This document shows positions 1 to 7,713 of a DNA stretch of 44,492 nt, piece after piece. Within the stretch, counting starts at the first letter, position 1. Each line of letters opens with the position of its first letter. The notes beneath the pieces were generated by a model that did no database searches, was not told the DNA's origin, and worked only from the letters and a program-made list of their open reading frames with translations. Source of the DNA: a virus; IMG/VR virus record IMGVR_UViG_3300045988_109867, positions 1 to 44,492 of that record, one strand, 5' to 3'. A program made the position numbers and the translations under genes.

Positions 1-537
1 GCAACATACACAAGTGAAAATATGAAAAATATAGAGTATAAAACATGGATAGAAAATCTTGAAACAAAAGATTTTATACCATTCTTTACTATTGCTGATA
101 GTTTTAATATTAACCCTATAGTTTTAAATATTCTTACTACAACAGAAAAGGAAAAAATTTCTGAAAGTAGAAAAGATAAAAATGAGTTAAGCAGCACAGA
201 TGAAAAAGAAACTGTAAAAACACTTATTCTCCCTACGCTTAGAGAAAATTTCAAGGATGCTGCAGACGTTGAATTTAATGAAACTAATAGTACTATTGAT
301 CTATACCCTAAAGGCAAAGTAGCTAACGCTATTAGGCAATTAATGATTAATAAAGATGATAAAAAATTAGTAGAAGCATATAATGATATGAAAGAAAACT
401 TTAAAGAAATGTCTAAATCTACTGCTAAATTAAGTAAAAATTTAGTTATTAATTTAAAAAATCCAAATAATAATGATAGAACACTTCTTAGTATAATGGA
501 TGGAAATATTGTTTATGATTTTATGAATGATAAATAA
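1..537 (+). CDS. 3' part of the lipoprotein gene that starts at 44009 (wraps around the circular junction)
   Basis: Frame 1 is open from base 1 and is in frame with ATG 44009 once the 55-nt overlap is collapsed (966 nt, 321 aa in total). Stop TAA at 535-537, followed by a terminator. Confidence 0.6.
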   Translation, partial: ATYTSENMKNIEYKTWIENLETKDFIPFFTIADSFNINPIVLNILTTTEKEKISESRKDKNELSSTDEKETVKTLILPTLRENFKDAADVEFNETNSTIDLYPKGKVANAIRQLMINKDDKKLVEAYNDMKENFKEMSKSTAKLSKNLVINLKNPNNNDRTLLSIMDGNIVYDFMNDK

Positions 538-545
538 TTTTTGAA

Positions 546-571
546 AGGGAGCTTTATAGCTCTCTTTTTTA
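546..571 (+). terminator. rho-independent terminator after the lipoprotein gene
   Basis: Stem AGGGAGC / GCTCTCT (one G-U pair), loop TTTATA, then a T-run at 566-570. Confidence 0.5.
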
Positions 572-627
572 TATGATATAATAATATTATATATAAGTAG
601 ATTGTCGCATTTCTACTTTCCATAATT

Positions 628-659
628 AAGAGCTGCTTTTATTAGTGGCTCTTTTTTTA
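628..659 (+). terminator. possible second terminator hairpin
   Basis: AAGAGC ... GCTCTT with a 14-nt loop followed by T7. The loop is long, so this is weaker. Confidence 0.35.
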
Positions 660-697
660 TTTTTTATACAAATAATACTGTTTATTTTTTTCTTTGC

Positions 698-743
698 CTT
701 ATATAGTATCTTATATAGTATCTTATATAGTATCTTATAGATA
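698..743. repeat. 12-bp direct repeats (CTTATATAGTAT) x about 4 at the edge of the plasmid origin
   Basis: CTTATA starts at 698, 710, 722 and 734, read directly from the sequence. Confidence 0.8.
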
Positions 744-777
744 GCTGAAAAGCCTTGATACAACTAAGATATAGCAT

Positions 778-861
778 TTTAATGTGAAGTAATTTTTTCT
801 TAATGTGAGGTAATTTTTTCTTAATGTGAAGTAATTTTTTCTTAATGTGAAGTAATTTTTT
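778..861. repeat. four tandem 21-bp iterons (CTTAATGTGARGTAATTTTTT) of a theta-type plasmid origin
   Basis: The AATGTGA core starts at 781, 802, 823 and 844 (exact 21-bp phasing), about 320 bp upstream of the rep gene. Confidence 0.9.
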
Positions 862-896
862 CCATTTTAAAATTAGTTAAAGTTTTAAATGTTTAT

Positions 897-963
897 TTAT
901 ACACATTTAAAAAGTTAAAAACTATATAAGCATTGATATAACTGATACATAGCCTGTGTATAA
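897..963. promoter_or_regulatory. two inverted DnaA-box matches flanking an A/T-rich stretch (putative unwinding region of oriV)
   Basis: TTATACACA at 897-905 and its reverse complement TGTGTATAA at 955-963. Both fit the consensus TTATNCACA. They lie between the iteron array and the rep promoter. Confidence 0.5.
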
Positions 964-1010
964 ATATGTGCATAAAAAGTGGGCAAATTCACTAGGAAAA
1001 CGCAAAATTC

Positions 1011-1142
1011 TTTAATGTGAGGTTATTTTTTGTCTGAACACATTGAAATAACTAATCTATAGAAATAGGTGGGGTTAAAGAAAAAATTACTTCACATTAA
1101 GGTTTTATATGTGAGGTTGGGCCATTGACAACTTCACATTAG
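1011..1142. repeat. dispersed iteron copies (direct and inverted) overlapping the rep promoter
   Basis: 1011-1031 is a direct copy with 1 mismatch. 1081-1101 is a perfect reverse complement of the 21-mer. Partial cores lie at 1108-1119 and 1131-1142. Confidence 0.7.
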
Positions 1143-1154
1143 GGGGTGTACAAT
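1125..1154 (+). promoter_or_regulatory. putative rep promoter with an iteron core in the spacer (autoregulation architecture)
   Basis: TTGACA (1125-1130), 18-nt spacer, TACAAT (1149-1154). The spacer contains ACTTCACATTA, an inverted iteron core. Confidence 0.5.
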
Positions 1155-1179
1155 AAATATATACAAGGAGGTGCTAAAA

Positions 1180-2055
1180 ATGAAAAAAAAGTGTGATGCG
1201 ATACAACATAACAATATAGTAAAATACCATAACGATTTAAATTTAGTTCAATTTAAAGATTTTACTACAAGGGAGCTGAATTTGTTTTACTCTATATGCG
1301 CAGTAATGAGAGATCAAGACGAGAATACGATAACATTTACGTTTGATTATCTTAAATCTTTGGCACAAATAGAAGTGCAGAATAAAACAGAATTTGTTGA
1401 GTTAACAAAAAGAATGTACAATAAACTAATTAACTTAAAATTTGAGTATGAAGATGAACACAAATTTGTTAAGTTTGTCTTATTTACTGCTTTTACTGTA
1501 GAAAAGAATGAGGAAATAGTGTCTGTAAAGGTTAATCCTGACTTTAAGTACATTTTAAATAACATAACTTCTAATTTTACTAGATTTGAGCTGCAAGAAT
1601 ATAATAGTCTTAAAAGCAAATACTCTAAGGAGGCATACAGATACATTAAACGTTTTAGAACTACTGGAATGTGGAAGGTAGACCTTGAAAGTTTTAAAAG
1701 AATAATGGGATTACCTTCTGAATATGAAACTAGATTCATTAATAGAGATGTTATATCTGTTATAGAATCCGAATTATCTTCTATAATTAAAGGTTTGAAA
1801 ATTGAGAAATATAGAAAAGGCAGAAGCATAATAGGATATATATTTACATTTAAGAAGGAAGCCATTCCAAAGTCTGTTAAAAAAAATGAGCCACCAGTAA
1901 TAGTAACAAGATCTGCAGAAGAGATAGTAAGAGAAAGGCACGAAAAACAAAAGAAGGCAAACGTCTACAAGACTAAATTCCATAATTTTGATATAGATAA
2001 CTCGGACCAATACTCTGCTGAAAACCTTGAAAAGATAATGAAAAACAGTAAGTAA
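1180..2055 (+). CDS. plasmid replication initiator, Rep_3/RepB-like
   Basis: Start moved to ATG 1180 (SD AAGGAGG 8 nt upstream). The N-terminus (IVKYHNDLNLVQFKDFTTRELNLFYSIC) matches the usual Rep_3 winged-helix opening. The gene is preceded by iterons. Confidence 0.8.
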   Translation: MKKKCDAIQHNNIVKYHNDLNLVQFKDFTTRELNLFYSICAVMRDQDENTITFTFDYLKSLAQIEVQNKTEFVELTKRMYNKLINLKFEYEDEHKFVKFVLFTAFTVEKNEEIVSVKVNPDFKYILNNITSNFTRFELQEYNSLKSKYSKEAYRYIKRFRTTGMWKVDLESFKRIMGLPSEYETRFINRDVISVIESELSSIIKGLKIEKYRKGRSIIGYIFTFKKEAIPKSVKKNEPPVIVTRSAEEIVRERHEKQKKANVYKTKFHNFDIDNSDQYSAENLEKIMKNSK

Positions 2056-2109
2056 GAAATTACTAAATTATGAAAAATGATAAATAGTAAAATATGAAAA
2101 GGAGAAATT

Positions 2110-2919
2110 ATGAAAATGAGAAATGCGACAAAAAAAGGAATAACAATTACTGTAGGTAACCAAAAAGGTGGAGTAAGCAAGACTACAACCACTTGTATGT
2201 TGGCTTATAGTTTGGCAAATAAGGGTTATAAAACTTTAGTAGTAGATTTGGATCCACAGGGAAATGCAACTAAGTTACTTTGGCTAACATCTAAAGAAGA
2301 TAAGCCAATAAAGAACACACTTATGAGTGGGCTGTTAGAAAGAAATCTACAAGATCTAAGATATAACGTTATGGAAAATCTAGACATGCTTCCTTCTCAC
2401 GTTGATTTGGAACTACTTCCTGAATGGTTATTTGAAAATGTAGCAAAAAAGGATAGAGATTTATACCTTGCAAATTTGCTGCAACCTTTAAAGTTAGAAT
2501 ATGATTTTATTTTAATAGACACTCCTCCAATGGCACTTACATTTACAAAAAATGCAGTATGCAGTTCTGACTTTGTTTTAATTGTTTTACAGACACAAGA
2601 AAGAAGTTTAACAGGAGCAGAATATTATATACAGCAGATTGCAAAGTTAAAGGAAGCACACAATCTAGAAGTAGATATAATTGGATTGGTTAGGGTTTTG
2701 GTAAAGAACCAAGGGACAATAGATAACTATATCTCTAATAAGGCTCTGGAGAGCTACGGGGAGTTTGTTTTCAATACGGTAATACCAAACATGGAAAGGC
2801 TAAAAAGATATGATGTAACAGGCATACAGAGAGACGATCACCACGACGATAGAGTTATGGATAAATATAATGATTTAGCTGATGAATTGATAGAAAGGTT
2901 AAAAAAGGAGGAGAGATAA
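2110..2919 (+). CDS. parA: ParA/Soj-type partition ATPase
   Basis: Deviant Walker A GNQKGGVSKTTT, then VDLDPQGN and ILIDTPP motifs. SD AAAGGAG. Confidence 0.9.
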   Translation: MKMRNATKKGITITVGNQKGGVSKTTTTCMLAYSLANKGYKTLVVDLDPQGNATKLLWLTSKEDKPIKNTLMSGLLERNLQDLRYNVMENLDMLPSHVDLELLPEWLFENVAKKDRDLYLANLLQPLKLEYDFILIDTPPMALTFTKNAVCSSDFVLIVLQTQERSLTGAEYYIQQIAKLKEAHNLEVDIIGLVRVLVKNQGTIDNYISNKALESYGEFVFNTVIPNMERLKRYDVTGIQRDDHHDDRVMDKYNDLADELIERLKKEER

Positions 2920-3200
2920 TGGGACTTCTTGAAAATACAAAACGAAAGAAAGTTGAATTTGAAAATACGTTGGCAGATAGTGTGATAAAGACCGATAAAA
3001 AAGAAAAGTTAAATAAAGGAATTAAGATGCCTGTAAGGGTAAAAAATAAACTAGATGTAATTAAAATGCATAAAGGAAAGAAATTTGATTATGAAGTTTT
3101 AGATATGCTTGCAGATTTTTATATAGAAAGTCTACAAGGGAGTGAAAAAGAGAAAATAGAATTTTTATTAAATTACCAAAATGAGAAAATAGATAAATAA
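2919..3200 (+). CDS. small partition partner (putative centromere-binding protein, functional ParB/ParG analogue)
   Basis: 93 aa, translationally coupled to parA (ATAATG). Assigned by position only; the family was not recognised. Confidence 0.5.
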   Translation: MGLLENTKRKKVEFENTLADSVIKTDKKEKLNKGIKMPVRVKNKLDVIKMHKGKKFDYEVLDMLADFYIESLQGSEKEKIEFLLNYQNEKIDK

Positions 3201-3271
3201 GAAATTATGAAATTTAGTAATTTATACATTTATAAAAATATAAAATTAATAATTACGAAATTATGAAATTT
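3201..3271. repeat. exact 15-bp direct repeat GAAATTATGAAATTT (3201-3215, 3257-3271); candidate centromere (parS/parC-like) sites
   Basis: Related GAAATTA(T/C)GAAA copies occur at 2056, 2104, 3250 and 3297, bracketing the parA operon. The A/T-rich background makes chance similarity possible. Confidence 0.4.
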
Positions 3272-3416
3272 ATATTTTTAGAAAATATGTAAAAAATAAA
3301 TTACGAAAAGCATAAAAATGATAATTTATAAAATGCGAAAATACAATATACACAACTATTCCTATAATATATATTTAGGGAATAGTTGGCCACATCCATT
3401 GCAAACACTATATTCT

Positions 3417-3465
3417 AAAAAAAGAAGAGAGCCTACTTTATTTTTAAAAGTTAGCTCTCTTTTTG
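3417..3465. terminator. bidirectional terminator between the convergent par operon and accessory operon
   Basis: AGAGAGC (3426-3432) pairs with GCTCTCT (3454-3460), with an A-run on the left and a T-run on the right. The loop is long (21 nt). Confidence 0.45.
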
Positions 3466-3538
3466 TTTTATTAAGTGCTTTTGCCTTTTGGGAGTTTTCT
3501 GTTAAAGATACTTAAAGGTTATCTGTGTTTTTCTTAAA

Positions 3539-4207
3539 TTATTTATTTACTAACTCAAGGAACTCTTCTAATAATTCTACCCTCATTTTAAGCATTTGTT
3601 CCCAACTGTATTCAGGTTTTGCATATTCACTAATATCGTCTTCGTCAAAACCGTCTGTAAAGCCACATCTTATTTGCCACAACTGTTCTGCATCAAATTC
3701 TGGCTTTGCATATTCACTGATTTCATTTTTAAATCCACCTATAATACCTAATCTTATTTGATACATCTGACTACTATTTAATTCTGGCTTTGCATAAATT
3801 TTTACATCTATACCATCTTCTAAACCTAATCTTATTTGATACATCTGCATTTCATCATATATTGGATCTGCGTACCAGCTTATATCTAATCCTTCTCGTA
3901 AACCTAATCTTATTTGCAACATTTGATCTCCGTTATATTTTGTATTTGCATAAATATTTACATCAACCTTATTTAAAATCCCTGCCTTTATTTGTGTCAT
4001 TTGCCAATCATCAAATTCTGGCTTTGCATAAATACTTACATCTATGCCATCTTCTAAACCTTCTATAATTTGATACATTTGATAGTGATGGAATTCAGGC
4101 TTTGCGTATATTGATACATCTAATCCTTTTTCAAGCCCTTGTTCAATTTTTTCTAATTGAAGTTCATCAAATAAACCACTTTCTTTGTACTCTTCAAAAC
4201 TTTTCAT
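3539..4207 (-). CDS. acidic tandem-repeat protein (about 7 x 26 aa; motif G-L-E-x-G-[IL]-D-V-S-I-Y-A-K-P-E-F-x3-Q-M-x-Q-I-R), family not recognised
   Basis: The track ORF starts at a TTG inside the promoter. The real start is ATG 4207, with SD GGAGG 8 nt upstream. The repeats are read directly from the translation. Stop is TAA. Confidence 0.75.
   Translation of the reverse strand: MKSFEEYKESGLFDELQLEKIEQGLEKGLDVSIYAKPEFHHYQMYQIIEGLEDGIDVSIYAKPEFDDWQMTQIKAGILNKVDVNIYANTKYNGDQMLQIRLGLREGLDISWYADPIYDEMQMYQIRLGLEDGIDVKIYAKPELNSSQMYQIRLGIIGGFKNEISEYAKPEFDAEQLWQIRCGFTDGFDEDDISEYAKPEYSWEQMLKMRVELLEEFLELVNK
3592..4174 (-). repeat. about 78-bp tandem DNA repeats encoding the 26-aa units
   Basis: Recurring TCTGGCTTTGCATA(A/T)... 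and CTAATCTTATTTGATACATCTG blocks. Confidence 0.8.
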
Positions 4208-4248
4208 TTTGCTTACCTCCGTTTTTTTATTATTTATTTTATACTTTA

Positions 4249-4277
4249 ATTGTACCAACGTTACCGTTTGCTGTCAA
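4249..4277 (-). promoter_or_regulatory. sigma-A-type promoter P2 for the repeat-protein gene, with a shared operator in the spacer
   Basis: Minus strand reads TTGACA (4272-4277), 17 nt, TACAAT (4249-4254). The spacer GCAAACGGTAACGTTGG shares a 14-mer with promoter P1 at 8893-8921. Confidence 0.6.
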
Positions 4278-4295
4278 CCTTTTTTTTGGAAAAAA

Positions 4296-4472
4296 TTAAA
4301 CTCTTTTTTTATATTTGCTTTCCACCCATTCTTCATTAATTATCCAAGTTTTACCAATCTTTTTAATATGTTCTTTAGGAATATTATCTTTATTAATATG
4401 CCATCTTAAAGTATTTGCAGCAATATTGTATTCGTTTTCAATTTCTTTTAATGTTTTCCATTTTTCTATCAT
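4296..4472 (-). CDS. 58-aa helix-turn-helix protein (excisionase/MerR-like HTH_17 type); absent from the ORF track (<60 aa)
   Basis: Its ATG overlaps the TGA of the upstream gene (ATGA). Translation: MIEKWKTLKEIENEYNIAANTLRWHINKDNIPKEHIKKIGKTWIINEEWVESKYKKRV. The pattern tLkEi...i..nTl..hi....ip...kiGktw.i matches HTH_17. Stop is TAA at 4296-4298. Confidence 0.65.
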   Translation of the reverse strand: MIEKWKTLKEIENEYNIAANTLRWHINKDNIPKEHIKKIGKTWIINEEWVESKYKKRV

Positions 4473-5005
4473 TTTGTCTCCCTCACATCGTCTGGAATCC
4501 AGCTATTACTAAATTCTTCATCTCTAAATAGTGCTGCTAGTCCGCTTATTTGTTTTAACCTTAGTATTTCGTCAAAATCCATTCCTAAATTTTTACTTAT
4601 CCAAGCATCACTCATTCCACTTTCTGCTAATTCAGCAACTATATTTGTCATTAATTCAATTGAGTGGCTACCTCTAGCTCTGTTGTGTCTTATAGTAGAT
4701 GCCATCCTAGATTCTATTGGTTTATCTATTATAGATACTGGTAGGCACCCCCCCTCTCTATCGAATATATCTTTATGTTTTAACATAATGCTATATCTAT
4801 GGAACCCGTCTACAATTTCATACCTGTCTTTATCTTCTAGATAATAGCAAACTATAGGCATTGTATACCCATCTTCTTTTATGGATTGATATAATAACTT
4901 CATCTCAGGCGGTGCCACTGAATTTGGGTTATAAGCATTTGCTTGTATTTTTTCTAATGGAACTCGTTTTATATTATAAACTGGACTTACATATTCTTTT
5001 ATCAT
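4469..5005 (-). CDS. ParB-like nuclease domain protein, IbrB-like
   Basis: Motifs PLEKIQANAYNPN, IVDGFHRY and TIRHNRARGSH. SD AAGGAGG. Stop is TGA followed directly by TAG. Confidence 0.8.
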   Translation of the reverse strand: MIKEYVSPVYNIKRVPLEKIQANAYNPNSVAPPEMKLLYQSIKEDGYTMPIVCYYLEDKDRYEIVDGFHRYSIMLKHKDIFDREGGCLPVSIIDKPIESRMASTIRHNRARGSHSIELMTNIVAELAESGMSDAWISKNLGMDFDEILRLKQISGLAALFRDEEFSNSWIPDDVRETK

Positions 5006-5018
5006 TTTTGTATCCTCC

Positions 5019-6335
5019 TTATTTTCCTACTACTATATTTTTATACTTTTCTATAGTTTTTTTTCTCTGTTCTTTCTCTTTTTTCGTCTGTGAAAAACCC
5101 ATATATTTACACAAGTGATCATTTTTCATTATGCAAATACACATCCTTTTGTATGATGGGACTGCTTTAAAATCAGTAACATCCGCATCATCTGGATATT
5201 CTTTAAATCTAACAGGTTTTTTATCTGTTTTGTAATTTGTCTTTCCTCCTACTTCTATTTCCAAGCCACAATCTTTTAGTTCTCGTATTGTTGTTTCGTC
5301 AAGTACACCTCCTCGTTCCTTCCAAAACTTAATTGATGTTTCGAATTTTTCTATATAATTTTTTCTTGTTTGTTCTGGCAATGTATTTAGTAGAAATTTT
5401 AAATATGTCTGCCAAGTATGTCCTTTGGGTAATTTTATGTTTTTCCACCCCATTGCAGTTGTCCCTCCATATATTCCTGCGAAGTTAACACCATTAACTC
5501 TTCCAACAAGTTTTGCCCAAGTAGTAGGTTCAACAACCTTGTATACCTTTAGGGTGTCTATGGCACTATCATTAAAAGGACTTGCAACTCTCATTTCATT
5601 TAATTTTAATCCAGCGTAGTAATATAGATCATACAAAGTATTGTAATTATAACTTTTTTTTGCATTTGCTATCCATATGTCTTCAACTCTCCAATCATAT
5701 ATAATGTAGCATTTGCAAACATTTTTATCACTAGGTTCAATGTTTATCCAATGTTGTCTTTTATATTTATTAATATTTTTTTTACTTGAAATTGCTCTGT
5801 ATCTGTTTAATGATTCATCTGTTCTTAACCCTATTATTACCGCCGTCTTGCCTTTCTTTTTTGCTATTTCTTTAGAAAACAAATCTTGAAAATCATAATC
5901 CCATTGTCCTTTTTTAAATTCAAACCAAATGTTATCTTCATTTATAATAAATTCATTGTCTGGCATTTCTCTTGCCCAAATATCTCTTTCATCTTTATCC
6001 CAAGGGATCCAACTATCTTGACTCATATTAACTGCACACTGTGCAGAAATAGGCAAACATATCCAATATTTTTTTATTTCTTTAAAATTATTAAGAAATG
6101 TGTCAGTTACATAGTCTGTAGTAGCTTGATACTGCGCTTCATAATCCAAATGATACATTGATAGTTTGTTTAACATATTATGTTCTTTAGCATAATCATA
6201 TGCAAGATTAAGGCATACTCCACTATCCTTTCCTCCAGAAAATGCAACCATTATGTTGTCAAATTCTTCAAATAGAAATTTTAGCCTTTTTTGTGTTGCA
6301 TCATAAACATTAATATCACAATACTTTTTACCCAT
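5019..6335 (-). CDS. PAPS-reductase/ATP-pyrophosphatase family protein with a long C-terminal extension, IbrA-like (DUF3440-type)
   Basis: PP-loop VAFSGGKDSGV. 438 aa with a Cys-rich C-terminus (CICIMKNDHLCK). Overlaps the SNF2 gene by 8 nt. SD AAAGGAGG. Confidence 0.85.
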   Translation of the reverse strand: MGKKYCDINVYDATQKRLKFLFEEFDNIMVAFSGGKDSGVCLNLAYDYAKEHNMLNKLSMYHLDYEAQYQATTDYVTDTFLNNFKEIKKYWICLPISAQCAVNMSQDSWIPWDKDERDIWAREMPDNEFIINEDNIWFEFKKGQWDYDFQDLFSKEIAKKKGKTAVIIGLRTDESLNRYRAISSKKNINKYKRQHWINIEPSDKNVCKCYIIYDWRVEDIWIANAKKSYNYNTLYDLYYYAGLKLNEMRVASPFNDSAIDTLKVYKVVEPTTWAKLVGRVNGVNFAGIYGGTTAMGWKNIKLPKGHTWQTYLKFLLNTLPEQTRKNYIEKFETSIKFWKERGGVLDETTIRELKDCGLEIEVGGKTNYKTDKKPVRFKEYPDDADVTDFKAVPSYKRMCICIMKNDHLCKYMGFSQTKKEKEQRKKTIEKYKNIVVGK

Positions 6336-7713
6336 TTATAATACCTCCTTTTGCAATATCTATAATATTTTCTTTGTTTAGGCCGTCTAATGTTTTTCTA
6401 AACCACTTAACAAGATACATTTTTCGTCGTAAACAATCATGTATTTGATTTTCTAAAGTGTCTCTTGCTATTATATCTACATAAGTAGTTTCTTTCTCTT
6501 GCCCTATTCTGTGTATCCTATCTTCACTTTGTACTCTTGTAGCATAGTCCCAATCATTATTATAATAAATAATGGTATCACAAAACTGTAAATTTAAACT
6601 ATAACCTGCACAGTCCTTGTTAGCTACAAAGAATTTAGCCTCTTTATAAAACTTGTCTATAGCTTTATTCCTTTTTTTAATTGATATACTACCATCAAAT
6701 CTGCACACATTTTCTTCCCCATATAATTCGCTTAAAACTATAATTATATCATTGATTTCTTCTTTAAATTCGCAAAATATAATTATTTTTTTAGCATCAT
6801 ATTTTTTTATACAATATAACAATTCCTTTATTCTGGGGTTGTCTGAAGGGTTTTTATACCTTTTTTGTTTAAATGTCTGATCACCTTTAAAAGTGTATTC
6901 ATATCCACTTGTTATATTTAGTAAATGTGAAAACATTCTATATATAGTTTCAGGTATATCTTCATCAATTTTATCTATAAAATAATTTGCTACAGAAAGA
7001 TAGTGATCATAGTGTTCTCCCTCTAAATCAAAGTATTCAGAAAAATAATGTTTTTTAGGAAGTTTTATGACATCTTCTTTCTTAACTTGAAATGTATATG
7101 GTTCGATTCTTTCCATAAGAACATCTGTATTAATTAATTTTTCTATAATCCCTTTGCTTGTATCTATAGATAACACATGTTTGTCATAAAACGTATATTT
7201 TGACCTATATCCTAATATTCTCCAATCTAAGAAATACCATTGCCCAAATAGATCTAATTCATCTCTAGATATTGGAGAACCATTTAATATATATCTATAT
7301 TCACAATATTTCCCTAGTCTTATTATATTTTTTGTTCTAATAGCATTAAAATTTTTTATCTTTATGCTTTCATCAACAACTATTAAACATTTGTGTTTTT
7401 GTACGTAATCAAGCAAAAATGAGTTCAAGGCTACGCTTGATGAAAGACTTTCTATTCCTGCTATAACAAAATGATCTAGTCCTTTTTCTATATGTTTTTT
7501 AAATTCTTTATTTATATTATTTTTAGTTGAGCAAGGACATAACCATATTACCTTTTCTATCTTTTTTTTACAAAGTTTTTTATTAATAATTTCTAACATC
7601 GTCCTTGTTTTGCCTGTCCCCATTTCCATATACAATGCTCCAACTTTATATTTATTTAGCTTTTCAACGCACTCCTTTTGGTGTTTAAGCAATTTTGTTT
7701 TGAATTTTAACAT
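6328..7713 (-). CDS. SNF2-family helicase/translocase ATPase
   Basis: Motif I MGTGKT, motif II VVDESIKIKN, motif III LNGSPI, motif VI QSEDRIHRIGQ. The start overlaps the upstream stop (TAATG). Confidence 0.9.
   Translation of the reverse strand: MLKFKTKLLKHQKECVEKLNKYKVGALYMEMGTGKTRTMLEIINKKLCKKKIEKVIWLCPCSTKNNINKEFKKHIEKGLDHFVIAGIESLSSSVALNSFLLDYVQKHKCLIVVDESIKIKNFNAIRTKNIIRLGKYCEYRYILNGSPISRDELDLFGQWYFLDWRILGYRSKYTFYDKHVLSIDTSKGIIEKLINTDVLMERIEPYTFQVKKEDVIKLPKKHYFSEYFDLEGEHYDHYLSVANYFIDKIDEDIPETIYRMFSHLLNITSGYEYTFKGDQTFKQKRYKNPSDNPRIKELLYCIKKYDAKKIIIFCEFKEEINDIIIVLSELYGEENVCRFDGSISIKKRNKAIDKFYKEAKFFVANKDCAGYSLNLQFCDTIIYYNNDWDYATRVQSEDRIHRIGQEKETTYVDIIARDTLENQIHDCLRRKMYLVKWFRKTLDGLNKENIIDIAKGGIING

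Noticed and set aside
778-861. Possible CRISPR array (regular short repeats)
   Set aside because: The units are directly adjacent 21-mers with no spacers, lie upstream of a Rep_3-like gene, and reappear inverted at its promoter. They are plasmid iterons.
1347-2192. Minus-strand ORFs (172, 78 and 75 aa) overlapping rep and the parA start
   Set aside because: They are antisense to the Rep_3-like and ParA genes, have hydrophobic low-complexity translations, and have no ribosome-binding sites.
3318-3515. 65-aa plus-strand ORF after the par operon
   Set aside because: It spans the candidate centromere repeats and the bidirectional terminator hairpin, has no SD, and its composition is that of non-coding A/T-rich DNA.
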